Shown piece by piece: positions 1 through 6,973 of a stretch of 14,064 bases of DNA. Source of the stretch: Elusimicrobiota bacterium (GTDB lineage: Bacteria > Elusimicrobiota > Elusimicrobia > Elusimicrobiales > UBA9959); the NCBI GenBank assembly GCA_037137395.1, contig JBAXKK010000069.1, positions 1-14,064 on the forward strand, read 5' to 3'. Each line of letters starts with the position of its first letter. Position 1 is the stretch's first letter. A program made the translations under genes and the position numbers. The notes under the pieces were generated by a model. It saw only the letters and a program-made list of their open reading frames with translations, had not been told where the DNA came from and made no database searches.

Positions 1-143
1 GATCGGGCCGAGGCGGAACCGGCGCTCTAGTCGCCGGGCCGGCCGCAGGCCCGATGGTCCCATGGCTTACAGGACCCCGAACTTGCAGCCTAGGTGAGGT
101 TTTCTCATCAATAACGCAGACTTTTTAGCGGAGGATTTGGGGC

Positions 144-653
144 TTAGTAAATGCCGCGTATTTTCCCTGTCACCGAGGAAAGAGGGAGGAAATACATTTT
201 TTGTCCGGTGGTCGGATCCTTCCAGGTTGCAGAATCGTCGGAATTGTCCCTGTTGTCGCCGAGGACAAACAGCGCGTCCTTCGGCACTACCACCGGGCCG
301 AGATTATCCCCGTCCAGCGTCTCGTTCGCCCTGGTGTGCTGCGTGTATGTCTCAAAAAGCTTTTCTCCGTTCAGCCACACTTCCTTGTTTTTGAGCTCCA
401 CCGTGTCGTCCGGCACTCCTATAACCCTTTTGACCGATTCGTGTTCCTGTCCCATTGGCGAGCGGAAGACTATTATCTCGCCCCTGGCGGGGGCGCGGAA
501 CTTAAAAGCGAGCTTGTCCATAATAAGGCGCTGGCCCAGATAAAGCGTCGGCGCCATGGATTCGCTGGCGATATACATCGGCTCATAGGCGTATTCTCTG
601 ACCGCCAGGACTGCTGCCAAAGTTATGAAGATAATTATTAGTATGCGTTTCAT
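144..653 (-). CDS. lepB: Signal peptidase I (peptidase S26), 169 aa
   Basis: N-terminal TM segment (RILIIIFITLAAVLAV), catalytic Ser box SESMAPTL, Lys box SVKRVIG, box E GDNRDNSDDS. Start moved from the ORF-track TTG at 728 to ATG at 653 (MKRILII). Confidence 0.95.
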   Translation of the reverse strand: MKRILIIIFITLAAVLAVREYAYEPMYIASESMAPTLYLGQRLIMDKLAFKFRAPARGEIIVFRSPMGQEHESVKRVIGVPDDTVELKNKEVWLNGEKLFETYTQHTRANETLDGDNLGPVVVPKDALFVLGDNRDNSDDSATWKDPTTGQKMYFLPLSSVTGKIRGIY

Positions 654-665
654 AAATAGTACGGC

Positions 666-764
666 AGCGCGGCAGCAGGAAATACGACAGCGTAAAAGTA
701 AGACAGGCGACAGTTCCGGAAACGGCAATTTATGGCTGGTGACTCGTCCCGCACCTGCCGCGCT
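666..764. repeat. Inverted repeat / long imperfect stem-loop filling the nagZ-lepB spacer
   Basis: AGCGCGGCAG (666-675) is the exact reverse complement of CTGCCGCGCT (755-764). Pairing can be extended inward with bulges. Confidence 0.55.
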
Positions 765-768
765 TTTG

Positions 769-2370
769 TTACTCCAGCTTCACCGGCAGCCGGCCCGCGG
801 GAGGGGTGTCGCCGCTCAGCACTTCTCCGGCCGCAGCCATGCCCGGAGCTGTCATGCCATAGACGGCCAGCTGCGTGCCCGCCTCAGGGTAGTTCGGCAG
901 ATCATAGGGGCTCATTAAGCTTATCAGGACCGAGGGCTTGCCGAGCGCCAGAAGCGCCTTTATCGCCTTCTTTTGATTTATGTTCTGTGCCTGCGCCCAC
1001 TGGAAGCTGCCTATGATGAGCCGGTCGGCTTTGCCGGCCGCGGCGATGGCGCCGATTATGGCTTTCGCATCCGGGTTTATATCGAAAACAGATTGTTCCG
1101 TCGGATAGCCCTTTGCGGAGAGCGCCTTGTAAAGGGTTAGAGCGTTGCCGCTGAAGCGGGGCGGGGCGAATATGATAACGGCGGTCTTAAGTGTCATATC
1201 CTTAAGCGGAATCAGTCCGTTCCTGTCCCGCACGAGGGTTACCGCTTCGCGGGAGATGGTTTCCGCGATATTTATATAAGCTTTGTCGAAGGATGACGGG
1301 TAAGTTTGCGTCTCAAAAAATCCCGCCGCGCGTTTGGTTTCGTAAATCCGGTAATAGGCGTCGTTCACCCGCGTCTCGGTGATGATGCCGGCTTTGACCT
1401 GGCGGACTATCTCGTTTCTGGCTTTAATGAAGTCGCTTTTTCCGAGGAGAACGATGTCGGCGCCGGCTTTGATGGCGAGCGCGGCGGCTTTATGTATCTG
1501 GTATTTTGAGCTTATGGCCAGCATGTCCATGCTGTCTGTTATCACCAGACCCGTGAATCCCAGTTTCTTTTTAAGCAAGTCGACAATCACCGCTTTTGAG
1601 AGTGTTGCCGGCTTTTGGGGATCAAGAGCGGGGTAGAGAATATGGGCCGTCATGATGACAGGGACCCTGAACTCTATAGCTTTTTTGAAAGGCTGCAGAT
1701 GGTATGTGTCCAGCGCCGCTGGCGTGAGACTGATCAGGGGCATGAGTTTATGAGAATCCTGTTCAGCAGCGCCATGGCCGGGGAAATGTTTGGCCACGGT
1801 CAGGATGCCGCCCGTGGTAAAGCCGCTGATCACCGCGGCCCCGATCTTTGAAACCAGTTCGGGGTTGCCGCCGATAGCCCTGACGCCGATTATCGGGTTT
1901 TTGGGGTTTGTGTTAACATCCAGTACGGGGCCGAAGGCCATATTGATGCCGGCCCTTTTAAGTTCGCGCCCGGCCAGGTAGAAAAGAGAGGCGGTGTTGT
2001 TCTCGTCGTTCGCCGCCCCCAGCATCATATTTGTCGGCAGTTCCGCCAGCCCCAGCGTGGTGGGTACGTAGACGCTTCCGCCTTCATAATCGGTTGCGAT
2101 GAAGAGCGGTATGCGGAGCCGGTTCTGAAGGGCGCTACGCTGGAAATCTTCGTTCAGACGGCGGGTGTCCTCTAGCGAATATGACCCCCATTGCAACTGT
2201 ATGCCGCCGACTCCCTGAGCTATCGCTTCGGTTGCTTTAGACGCCTCGGCCGCGTCTATTGAGATCATCAGGAGCTGCCCGACTTTATCCTCAAGCGACA
2301 AAGACGTCTGGGCCCATAGTCCTGACCCGAAGAAAAATAAACTAACAGAGATAAGAAGACGGGGAAGCAT
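769..2370 (-). CDS. nagZ: Secreted glycoside hydrolase family 3, NagZ-type beta-N-acetylhexosaminidase with C-terminal domain, 533 aa
   Basis: Signal peptide, DYEGG, NagZ signature KHFPGHGAAEQDSH, nucleophile motif ITDSMDM, and a C-terminal GH3_C-like domain ending in GRLPV. Confidence 0.88.
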   Translation of the reverse strand: MLPRLLISVSLFFFGSGLWAQTSLSLEDKVGQLLMISIDAAEASKATEAIAQGVGGIQLQWGSYSLEDTRRLNEDFQRSALQNRLRIPLFIATDYEGGSVYVPTTLGLAELPTNMMLGAANDENNTASLFYLAGRELKRAGINMAFGPVLDVNTNPKNPIIGVRAIGGNPELVSKIGAAVISGFTTGGILTVAKHFPGHGAAEQDSHKLMPLISLTPAALDTYHLQPFKKAIEFRVPVIMTAHILYPALDPQKPATLSKAVIVDLLKKKLGFTGLVITDSMDMLAISSKYQIHKAAALAIKAGADIVLLGKSDFIKARNEIVRQVKAGIITETRVNDAYYRIYETKRAAGFFETQTYPSSFDKAYINIAETISREAVTLVRDRNGLIPLKDMTLKTAVIIFAPPRFSGNALTLYKALSAKGYPTEQSVFDINPDAKAIIGAIAAAGKADRLIIGSFQWAQAQNINQKKAIKALLALGKPSVLISLMSPYDLPNYPEAGTQLAVYGMTAPGMAAAGEVLSGDTPPAGRLPVKLE

Positions 2371-2376
2371 TATTAT

Positions 2377-2405
2377 ATTCTATTAAACATAGTCCGGGAT
2401 GTCTA
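2377..2405 (-). promoter_or_regulatory. Sigma70-like promoter of nagZ, probably giving a leaderless mRNA
   Basis: On the minus strand TAGACA (2405-2400), 17 nt, TAGAAT (2382-2377), 6 nt, then ATG (2370). No Shine-Dalgarno sequence. Confidence 0.6.
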
Positions 2406-2406
2406 A

Positions 2407-2442
2407 GTAAAAAGCCTCCGCGTCGTTAAACGCGGAGGCTTT
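2407..2442 (-). terminator. Rho-independent terminator after the VWA gene
   Basis: 13-bp perfect stem AAAGCCTCCGCGT (2411-2423) / ACGCGGAGGCTTT (2430-2442). On the minus strand the stem runs into TTTTTAC. It lies 15 nt past the stop codon. Confidence 0.9.
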
Positions 2443-2457
2443 AAAAAGGAGAGTTGG

Positions 2458-4056
2458 TTAACGTGAGAACTTATAGCCTTTTTTCACGGCCTGTTTGTGC
2501 ACCGCGTCGATAACGGCTTTATCCAGGGTTACTGGAGCGCCGGACTGCGTCTTTTCCTGCCTGGCTATATAGCTCTTGCGCTCTTCCTGAAGGCGGATTA
2601 TATCCGCTTTTATTTTTTTGCGCTCGGCCAGTTTGGAATCAATGTGCTTGTCCAGCTGCGCTTTATCCATTTTTCTGAGTTCCTCGGGAAGTTGCTCTTT
2701 TTTTATATCCGAGCGTTTCATCGCGCCACTCTCCACCGCCGTTATTATATCCCACGACGATTCGTAATCCGCCATGGCCGCGGGCGCGGAAGCCTTGAAG
2801 GCGGCCCGCTCAGATAGTATGCTGGCGCCTCCGGAGCGGGCGACATTGCTTTCAAGCGCCTCTTTGCGGTTCAGTTCCGCTTTACCCTTTGAGCCGTAGG
2901 CTACATAAGTGGTGTTGAGTTTTGAGCTGAGGATGGCGATCTGATCGTCCTGGGGAGCGTTTATCGCGGCCACGGGGGCCGATTGGTCAATATTGGTGTA
3001 TTCGCCCTCGGACAACTGGGCGGCAGTCAGCCACTGCGTGGCCAGGCCTTCCTGGCGGCGGCCGCAGAAGATGGTGTTGACGAAGATGCCCTTTGCTTTG
3101 GCTAATCCCACGGCCTGCTGGAAATCCGTAGCGCCCTGAGTAAAAGGTTCGTTGCCGGCGATGAAGATGGCTTTGTAGGCGTCGTCTTTCTTGCTCCAGG
3201 CCAGTTCCTGCACGGCATTTTTGATGACCTGCCCGCAGTATTCCTCTCCGCCGTTGGTCTTCAGAGCGAAAAGTTCTTCAGCAACCTTATCAAGATTTCG
3301 GGTAAAGGGGAGCACCTGGCGTATCCAGCCTTTCTCAGCCGTGAGGCCGCTATTTCCGTACTCATAGACGGCGACTTCTATTACCGGGGCCGAGCCGCTC
3401 TTTTCGGAGGCGTTCAGTTCATTGACTATCTTCCAGACCTGGTTGCGGGCCTGGTTGATGAGGCCGTCCATGCTGTTTGATGTGTCCAGCAGAATTGCCA
3501 GCTGAACCAGCGGTTTGCCGTCGTAGTTCTTGCCCGTCTGGGTTACGGTAGGCGTGTCCTGCCAGGTTTTGCGGACGCTGGCTCCGGCGGCGGTCAGTAT
3601 TTTTCCGGTTTCGGTCTCTACCACACGGGCGTTGATCTCAGTTTCTCCGTCTTTTGTGTCGTTCAGAGTTCCGGTGATAACGGCGTCGGCTCCTAAAAGT
3701 TTTCCCAATTTTCTGGTGGTTTCTTCGTCTATGGCTCCGGATGCCTGAAGGTTCAATTCACCAAGCACCTTTTTTAGGAGGTTGCGTTCGATAAGGATAA
3801 GCTTCTTGTTCTGGGCAAGCAGGGTTGTGAGCCTTTCCTGAATGATAACGGGGCCATCGGACGCTTTGCCGCTGGTGTACGCGAATTCCAGTACCGCGAG
3901 TTTTATGCCCGGTTTGTCGTTGACGCCCGCCCCGAGTTGGTTGGTCAGTGTTTTAAGTTCCTCCGCAGCCTGTGTCTGCGCTTTTGGAGCCGCCATCTGC
4001 GCGCCGGACTGGATCGGGAAAAGGAAGAGGAAAGTCAATGTTAAAACTTGGTTCAT
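2458..4056 (-). CDS. Secreted protein: N-terminal CsgG/FlgO/TolB_N-like domain, von Willebrand factor A domain, helical/coiled-coil C-terminus, 532 aa
   Basis: ATG at 4056 with GAGGGG RBS and a signal peptide. KLAVLEF...IER..L..VLGE...LGKLLGADAVITG...INARVVETETGKIL is the CsgG/FlgO-type pattern. MIDAS motif LDTSNS, plus GGEEYCG and IFIAGNE, typical of bacterial VWA proteins. Confidence 0.85.
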   Translation of the reverse strand: MNQVLTLTFLFLFPIQSGAQMAAPKAQTQAAEELKTLTNQLGAGVNDKPGIKLAVLEFAYTSGKASDGPVIIQERLTTLLAQNKKLILIERNLLKKVLGELNLQASGAIDEETTRKLGKLLGADAVITGTLNDTKDGETEINARVVETETGKILTAAGASVRKTWQDTPTVTQTGKNYDGKPLVQLAILLDTSNSMDGLINQARNQVWKIVNELNASEKSGSAPVIEVAVYEYGNSGLTAEKGWIRQVLPFTRNLDKVAEELFALKTNGGEEYCGQVIKNAVQELAWSKKDDAYKAIFIAGNEPFTQGATDFQQAVGLAKAKGIFVNTIFCGRRQEGLATQWLTAAQLSEGEYTNIDQSAPVAAINAPQDDQIAILSSKLNTTYVAYGSKGKAELNRKEALESNVARSGGASILSERAAFKASAPAAMADYESSWDIITAVESGAMKRSDIKKEQLPEELRKMDKAQLDKHIDSKLAERKKIKADIIRLQEERKSYIARQEKTQSGAPVTLDKAVIDAVHKQAVKKGYKFSR

Positions 4057-4089
4057 AGTAAGCACCCCTCGCGTGGATTTGTTGAATTT

Positions 4090-4118
4090 AGGATACAAAA
4101 ACAAATCTGCTAAGTCAA
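4090..4118 (-). promoter_or_regulatory. Putative sigma70 promoter of the VWA gene
   Basis: On the minus strand TTGACT (4118-4113), 17 nt, TATCCT (4095-4090). Confidence 0.5.
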
Positions 4119-4158
4119 AAATGAAAGCATAAATTTAGGTGATACGGGCTTTTTTTAT

Positions 4159-4167
4159 TGGTATAAT
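4159..4167 (+). promoter_or_regulatory. Extended -10 promoter element for the 4202 gene
   Basis: Consensus TGgTATAAT, 34 nt upstream of ATG 4202. Confidence 0.55.
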
Positions 4168-4201
4168 AGTCCAATTCAAATCGGTGAACCTGGTGCGCCC
4201 T

Positions 4202-5140
4202 ATGTTAAACTTTTTAGCCCCCATGCTGTTCCTTTTCGCTTCCGGCTCTTTTGCTTCGGAGCCGACGTTCATGCTTGACGCTGTCCGGTCGGACGCCATC
4301 GGCGCTGTCTCTGTTTCCGCGATCGGAAACGAAATATTCCCTTCTCCGGTTCGCAGGCCCGCGCCTCCGGAAGATCCGTATTTTAACGCTTATATTCTGA
4401 AGGCTGTGGATTTTCTTTACGCCAATTACGGCCTTCTTGGCTACGATATCCACTCCGTGCTCACGCATGACATCGTTTACCATACCTACGGCACTATTCC
4501 GGCTCTGCGCGCGCCGCTGACCATGTGCGTGGCCGCCCAGATGGAGGTGATACTCACCGCCTATCGGATCTACGCGGAGGAGACGGGGAATTACTCGATT
4601 TATGAATATCTACCGAAGCGGAGCTTTGAAGGCCTGAGCGCAACCGACATTAAAGGCCATATTTGGGTGAATCCCGAGTTCAACGCTCACGGGACGGCTG
4701 ACGCCCTGATTAACTTTGGAATGGGTGAGAGAACAGAATTTGAAAACCTCAAGCCGGGCTCATTCATCAATATCAACCGCACCAACCGCACCGGCCATGC
4801 CGTTACATTTATCGCGTATATTGACATAAAGGGCGCGGTTCAGCATGAATACAATCCCAGCGTGGTCGGATTTAAGTACTTTTCTTCCCAGGGCGGGCGC
4901 AACGCCGGTTCCGGCGGTTTCGACTATCGGTATGCGGTTTTTAGCAAGTTCGGTTGTCCTACTATGCCGTACAAGCGTGATTGTAACGTTATCTATTCGG
5001 CTGATCAGAAGATGCTGACCACCGGCACCATGCTTAGTCCTAAGTCCTGGGGGCGGCTGACTCCGCTGCCCGTGCCGGTTTCCCTCAAGGATACCGTTCT
5101 TAACGAAAACTTTTTTGACGGCGTTACCACTGACGAGTGA
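4202..5140 (+). CDS. Secreted hypothetical protein, probable papain-like/NlpC-P60-superfamily cysteine hydrolase, 312 aa
   Basis: Signal peptide MLNFLAPMLFLFASGSFA, then a Pro-rich linker. TMCVAA (Cys codon 4526-4528), LKPGSFI..R....GHAV (His codon 4796-4798), GFKYFSSQG. The CDS is solid but the function is inferred. The start could lie a few codons upstream. Confidence 0.7.
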   Translation: MLNFLAPMLFLFASGSFASEPTFMLDAVRSDAIGAVSVSAIGNEIFPSPVRRPAPPEDPYFNAYILKAVDFLYANYGLLGYDIHSVLTHDIVYHTYGTIPALRAPLTMCVAAQMEVILTAYRIYAEETGNYSIYEYLPKRSFEGLSATDIKGHIWVNPEFNAHGTADALINFGMGERTEFENLKPGSFININRTNRTGHAVTFIAYIDIKGAVQHEYNPSVVGFKYFSSQGGRNAGSGGFDYRYAVFSKFGCPTMPYKRDCNVIYSADQKMLTTGTMLSPKSWGRLTPLPVPVSLKDTVLNENFFDGVTTDE

Positions 5141-5202
5141 TCTCTTTAAGGTGCAGACATTAAACTATGCCGGGGCCATTTACATCGGGCCATGGGGGGC
5201 GG

Positions 5203-6228
5203 ATGGGATTTTTTAAAAAATACAATTTAGCGGCGGCCGGGATGGCCGCGTTTTTAGTGCTTTCCGCTTGTTCGGGAAAAGAGGCCCCCTCGTATATCCG
5301 GAACACGTTCATTATGAATGTGCCTTCGCATGTCAGGGTGTTCACTTCTGATGAGGCCGTGGCGAAGAAGATCGCCGACGCTGTTATTAAGGAGTGGGCA
5401 CGTATCGCGGGCGAATATAATTTCGGCGAGCCTTTCACTTATACCACTTATATCAATGATAAAGCCTACGGGGAATGGGTTAAGGTTGATGATGAGTTTC
5501 TCAGGCTGCTGGTCCTGTCCATGGACTATTTTAAGCTGACGGGGGGTGCGTTCGACGTGACATTCGCCCCGTTGTGGCCGATTTGGAAAGAGGCCGCGTC
5601 TTCCAAAAAGATGCCTTTAAAGGAAGATATATCAAAGGCGCTCTCCAGCATGGGTTCCGATTATGTGCAGATAGATTACGCCCGAAAGATGGTCCGGTTT
5701 ACGAAGCCCGTTCAAATAAATATGGGCGGACTTCTGCGGGGCTATTGTCTGGAAAGGGGCTATAAGGTGCTCAAAGAGCTGGCGGGCGATAAGTACCAGG
5801 TGGAACTCAGGCTCGGCGGCTACATGCTGGCTTATGGTGGGGGAGATTGGGCTTATGAAGTGCCTGACCCCTTGCACGAGGGGCGTTCGCTGGGTCGGTT
5901 CCGTTTTAAAGAAGGCGTGGTTATGTCTTCCTCAGGCAGGGACCACTTCGTGCAGATAGAGGGCAAGCTTTATTCTCATATTCTGGATCTTAAGACCGGA
6001 TATCCCATACCTGATTTCTCCAATCTTTTAGTTTACTTCCCGGCCATCGAGAACGGCGAATACATCCCGTCGGCGGTGTTGGCCGTAATGGGCAAGAAGA
6101 AAGCTTTTGAGCTTTTGGGCGGGATAAAAGGGGCGGCGGCGGTGTGGATAGACGGCGCGGGCGCTGTTGAGACGTTCTCTAACGCTGCCAGCCGGGCCAC
6201 CTGGGAAAAAAACACAAGGCTATTTTAA
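5203..6228 (+). CDS. apbE: ApbE-family FAD:protein FMN transferase lipoprotein (divergent), 341 aa
   Basis: Lipobox LSAC after a signal peptide starting at ATG 5203 with a G-rich RBS. TGGAFDVT..PL..IW, NMGGLLRGY, SSSG and YSHILDLKTGYP match the ApbE layout. Confidence 0.85.
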   Translation: MGFFKKYNLAAAGMAAFLVLSACSGKEAPSYIRNTFIMNVPSHVRVFTSDEAVAKKIADAVIKEWARIAGEYNFGEPFTYTTYINDKAYGEWVKVDDEFLRLLVLSMDYFKLTGGAFDVTFAPLWPIWKEAASSKKMPLKEDISKALSSMGSDYVQIDYARKMVRFTKPVQINMGGLLRGYCLERGYKVLKELAGDKYQVELRLGGYMLAYGGGDWAYEVPDPLHEGRSLGRFRFKEGVVMSSSGRDHFVQIEGKLYSHILDLKTGYPIPDFSNLLVYFPAIENGEYIPSAVLAVMGKKKAFELLGGIKGAAAVWIDGAGAVETFSNAASRATWEKNTRLF

Positions 6229-6232
6229 GAAT

Positions 6233-6258
6233 GCCGTTACAAAATGGCGGTTATTTTG
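6233..6258. terminator. Possible weak terminator between convergent apbE and asparaginase genes
   Basis: GCCGTT (6233-6238) / AATGGC (6243-6248) stem with one G-U pair, followed on + by GGTTATTTT. Confidence 0.3.
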
Positions 6259-6748
6259 ACAGCCGCTGTTCTTCGAACTCACCTTTGGTCTTATTTTTCC
6301 TTACATTATACCAGTTGAAATAACGGCCGTTCATCGCTATGTAAACGCCCGGGGGGAGCGTTTGCGAGAAGGAGATGGCCGAGCCCAGGTTGAACATCCC
6401 GTCCGAGCTGCCGAATTTGTACGGCACCATGGCGCCGGTGAGTATCACGGTTTTGTTCGTGATTTTCGGGCCAAGCAGTCGGGCTGTTTCCGGCATGGTA
6501 TCGGTACCATGAGTGATGACAATGCTATGCTCCTTGGAGGCAAGGCACTCGCGGAGTATCTTTCTGCGGTGTGAAACTGTCATAAACAGGCTATCCACCA
6601 TCAAAAGCGTCTTTACGTTCACGCTGACGCGGGAGCGGCCCAGCGCCAGCATCTCGCGCAGGTGGGTGTTCCTGAAGAAAAGCTCGCCGCTGAGTTCGTT
6701 GTATTCCTTGTCAAAGGTTCCGCCGGTAACGATTATTTTAATAGACAT
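6251..6748 (-). CDS. Short-chain L-asparaginase (N-terminal catalytic domain only), 165 aa
   Basis: TGGTFDK and ITHGTDTM carry the two catalytic Thr motifs, followed by LTGAM.P and SDG.FNLG. There is no C-terminal asparaginase domain. Confidence 0.9.
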   Translation of the reverse strand: MSIKIIVTGGTFDKEYNELSGELFFRNTHLREMLALGRSRVSVNVKTLLMVDSLFMTVSHRRKILRECLASKEHSIVITHGTDTMPETARLLGPKITNKTVILTGAMVPYKFGSSDGMFNLGSAISFSQTLPPGVYIAMNGRYFNWYNVRKNKTKGEFEEQRLSK

Positions 6749-6794
6749 AGTAGATGGTGAATGGTGGATAGTGAACAGTGAATAGTGGGCAGTG
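6746..6794 (+). repeat. Tandem array of seven degenerate 7-mers (consensus RAYRGTG)
   Basis: CATAGTA GATGGTG AATGGTG GATAGTG AACAGTG AATAGTG GGCAGTG. The first unit contains the asparaginase start codon (CAT on +). Confidence 0.85.
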
Positions 6795-6801
6795 TTATAA
6801 T
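6793..6801 (+). promoter_or_regulatory. Extended -10 element pointing antisense to the flanking genes, into the structured spacer
   Basis: Consensus TGtTATAAT immediately inside the left heptamer array. Confidence 0.4.
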
Positions 6802-6820
6802 GCGACTCCTTTATTAGCCC

Positions 6821-6885
6821 GAATCCTGCAGTTCAGAATGATTCCCATAGATAAATCAGGGGAACAAAATTATTCTGCAGGATTC
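6821..6885. repeat. Long inverted repeat / hairpin
   Basis: GAATCCTGCAG (6821-6831) / CTGCAGGATTC (6875-6885) is a perfect 11-bp pair. An alternative register extends it via AGAATGATT/AATTATTCT with a 5-nt bulge. Confidence 0.75.
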
Positions 6886-6973
6886 CCCGCACAGCGGGCG
6901 GAGGGCCAAGCTCCATGCGCGACAGGCCCGACGGGGTGTATTCCTCCCGAAGGGCGCCCGCAATGCGGGCGGA
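6886..6973. repeat. Pair of REP-like palindromic direct repeats CCCGC-NNN-GCGGGCGGA
   Basis: CCCGCACAGCGGGCGGA (6886-6902) and CCCGCAATGCGGGCGGA (6957-6973) are 15/17 identical and differ only in the loop. Confidence 0.7.

Noticed and set aside
61..74. CATGGCTTACAGGA resembles the 3' P4 strand of RNase P RNA
   Set aside because: The preceding conserved ACAGAA/ACAAAA and the upstream AGA..AAUG elements are absent.
95..112. TTGATGAG on the minus strand resembles a hammerhead core
   Set aside because: It is not CUGAUGA, and no GAAA follows a stem II.
654..728. N-terminal extension of lepB from TTG 728
   Set aside because: It is a Cys/Arg-rich, non-protein-like sequence overlapping an inverted repeat. 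MKRILII at 653 is a typical start.
137..1016. Several + strand ORFs (137-394, 151-543, 201-641, 625-918, 732-1016)
   Set aside because: They are antisense shadows of lepB and nagZ with no recognisable motifs.
5117..5137. C-terminal DGVTTDE of the hypothetical protein as an ApbE flavinylation site
   Set aside because: The motif requires [S/T]GA[S/T]. Only the DGVT half matches.
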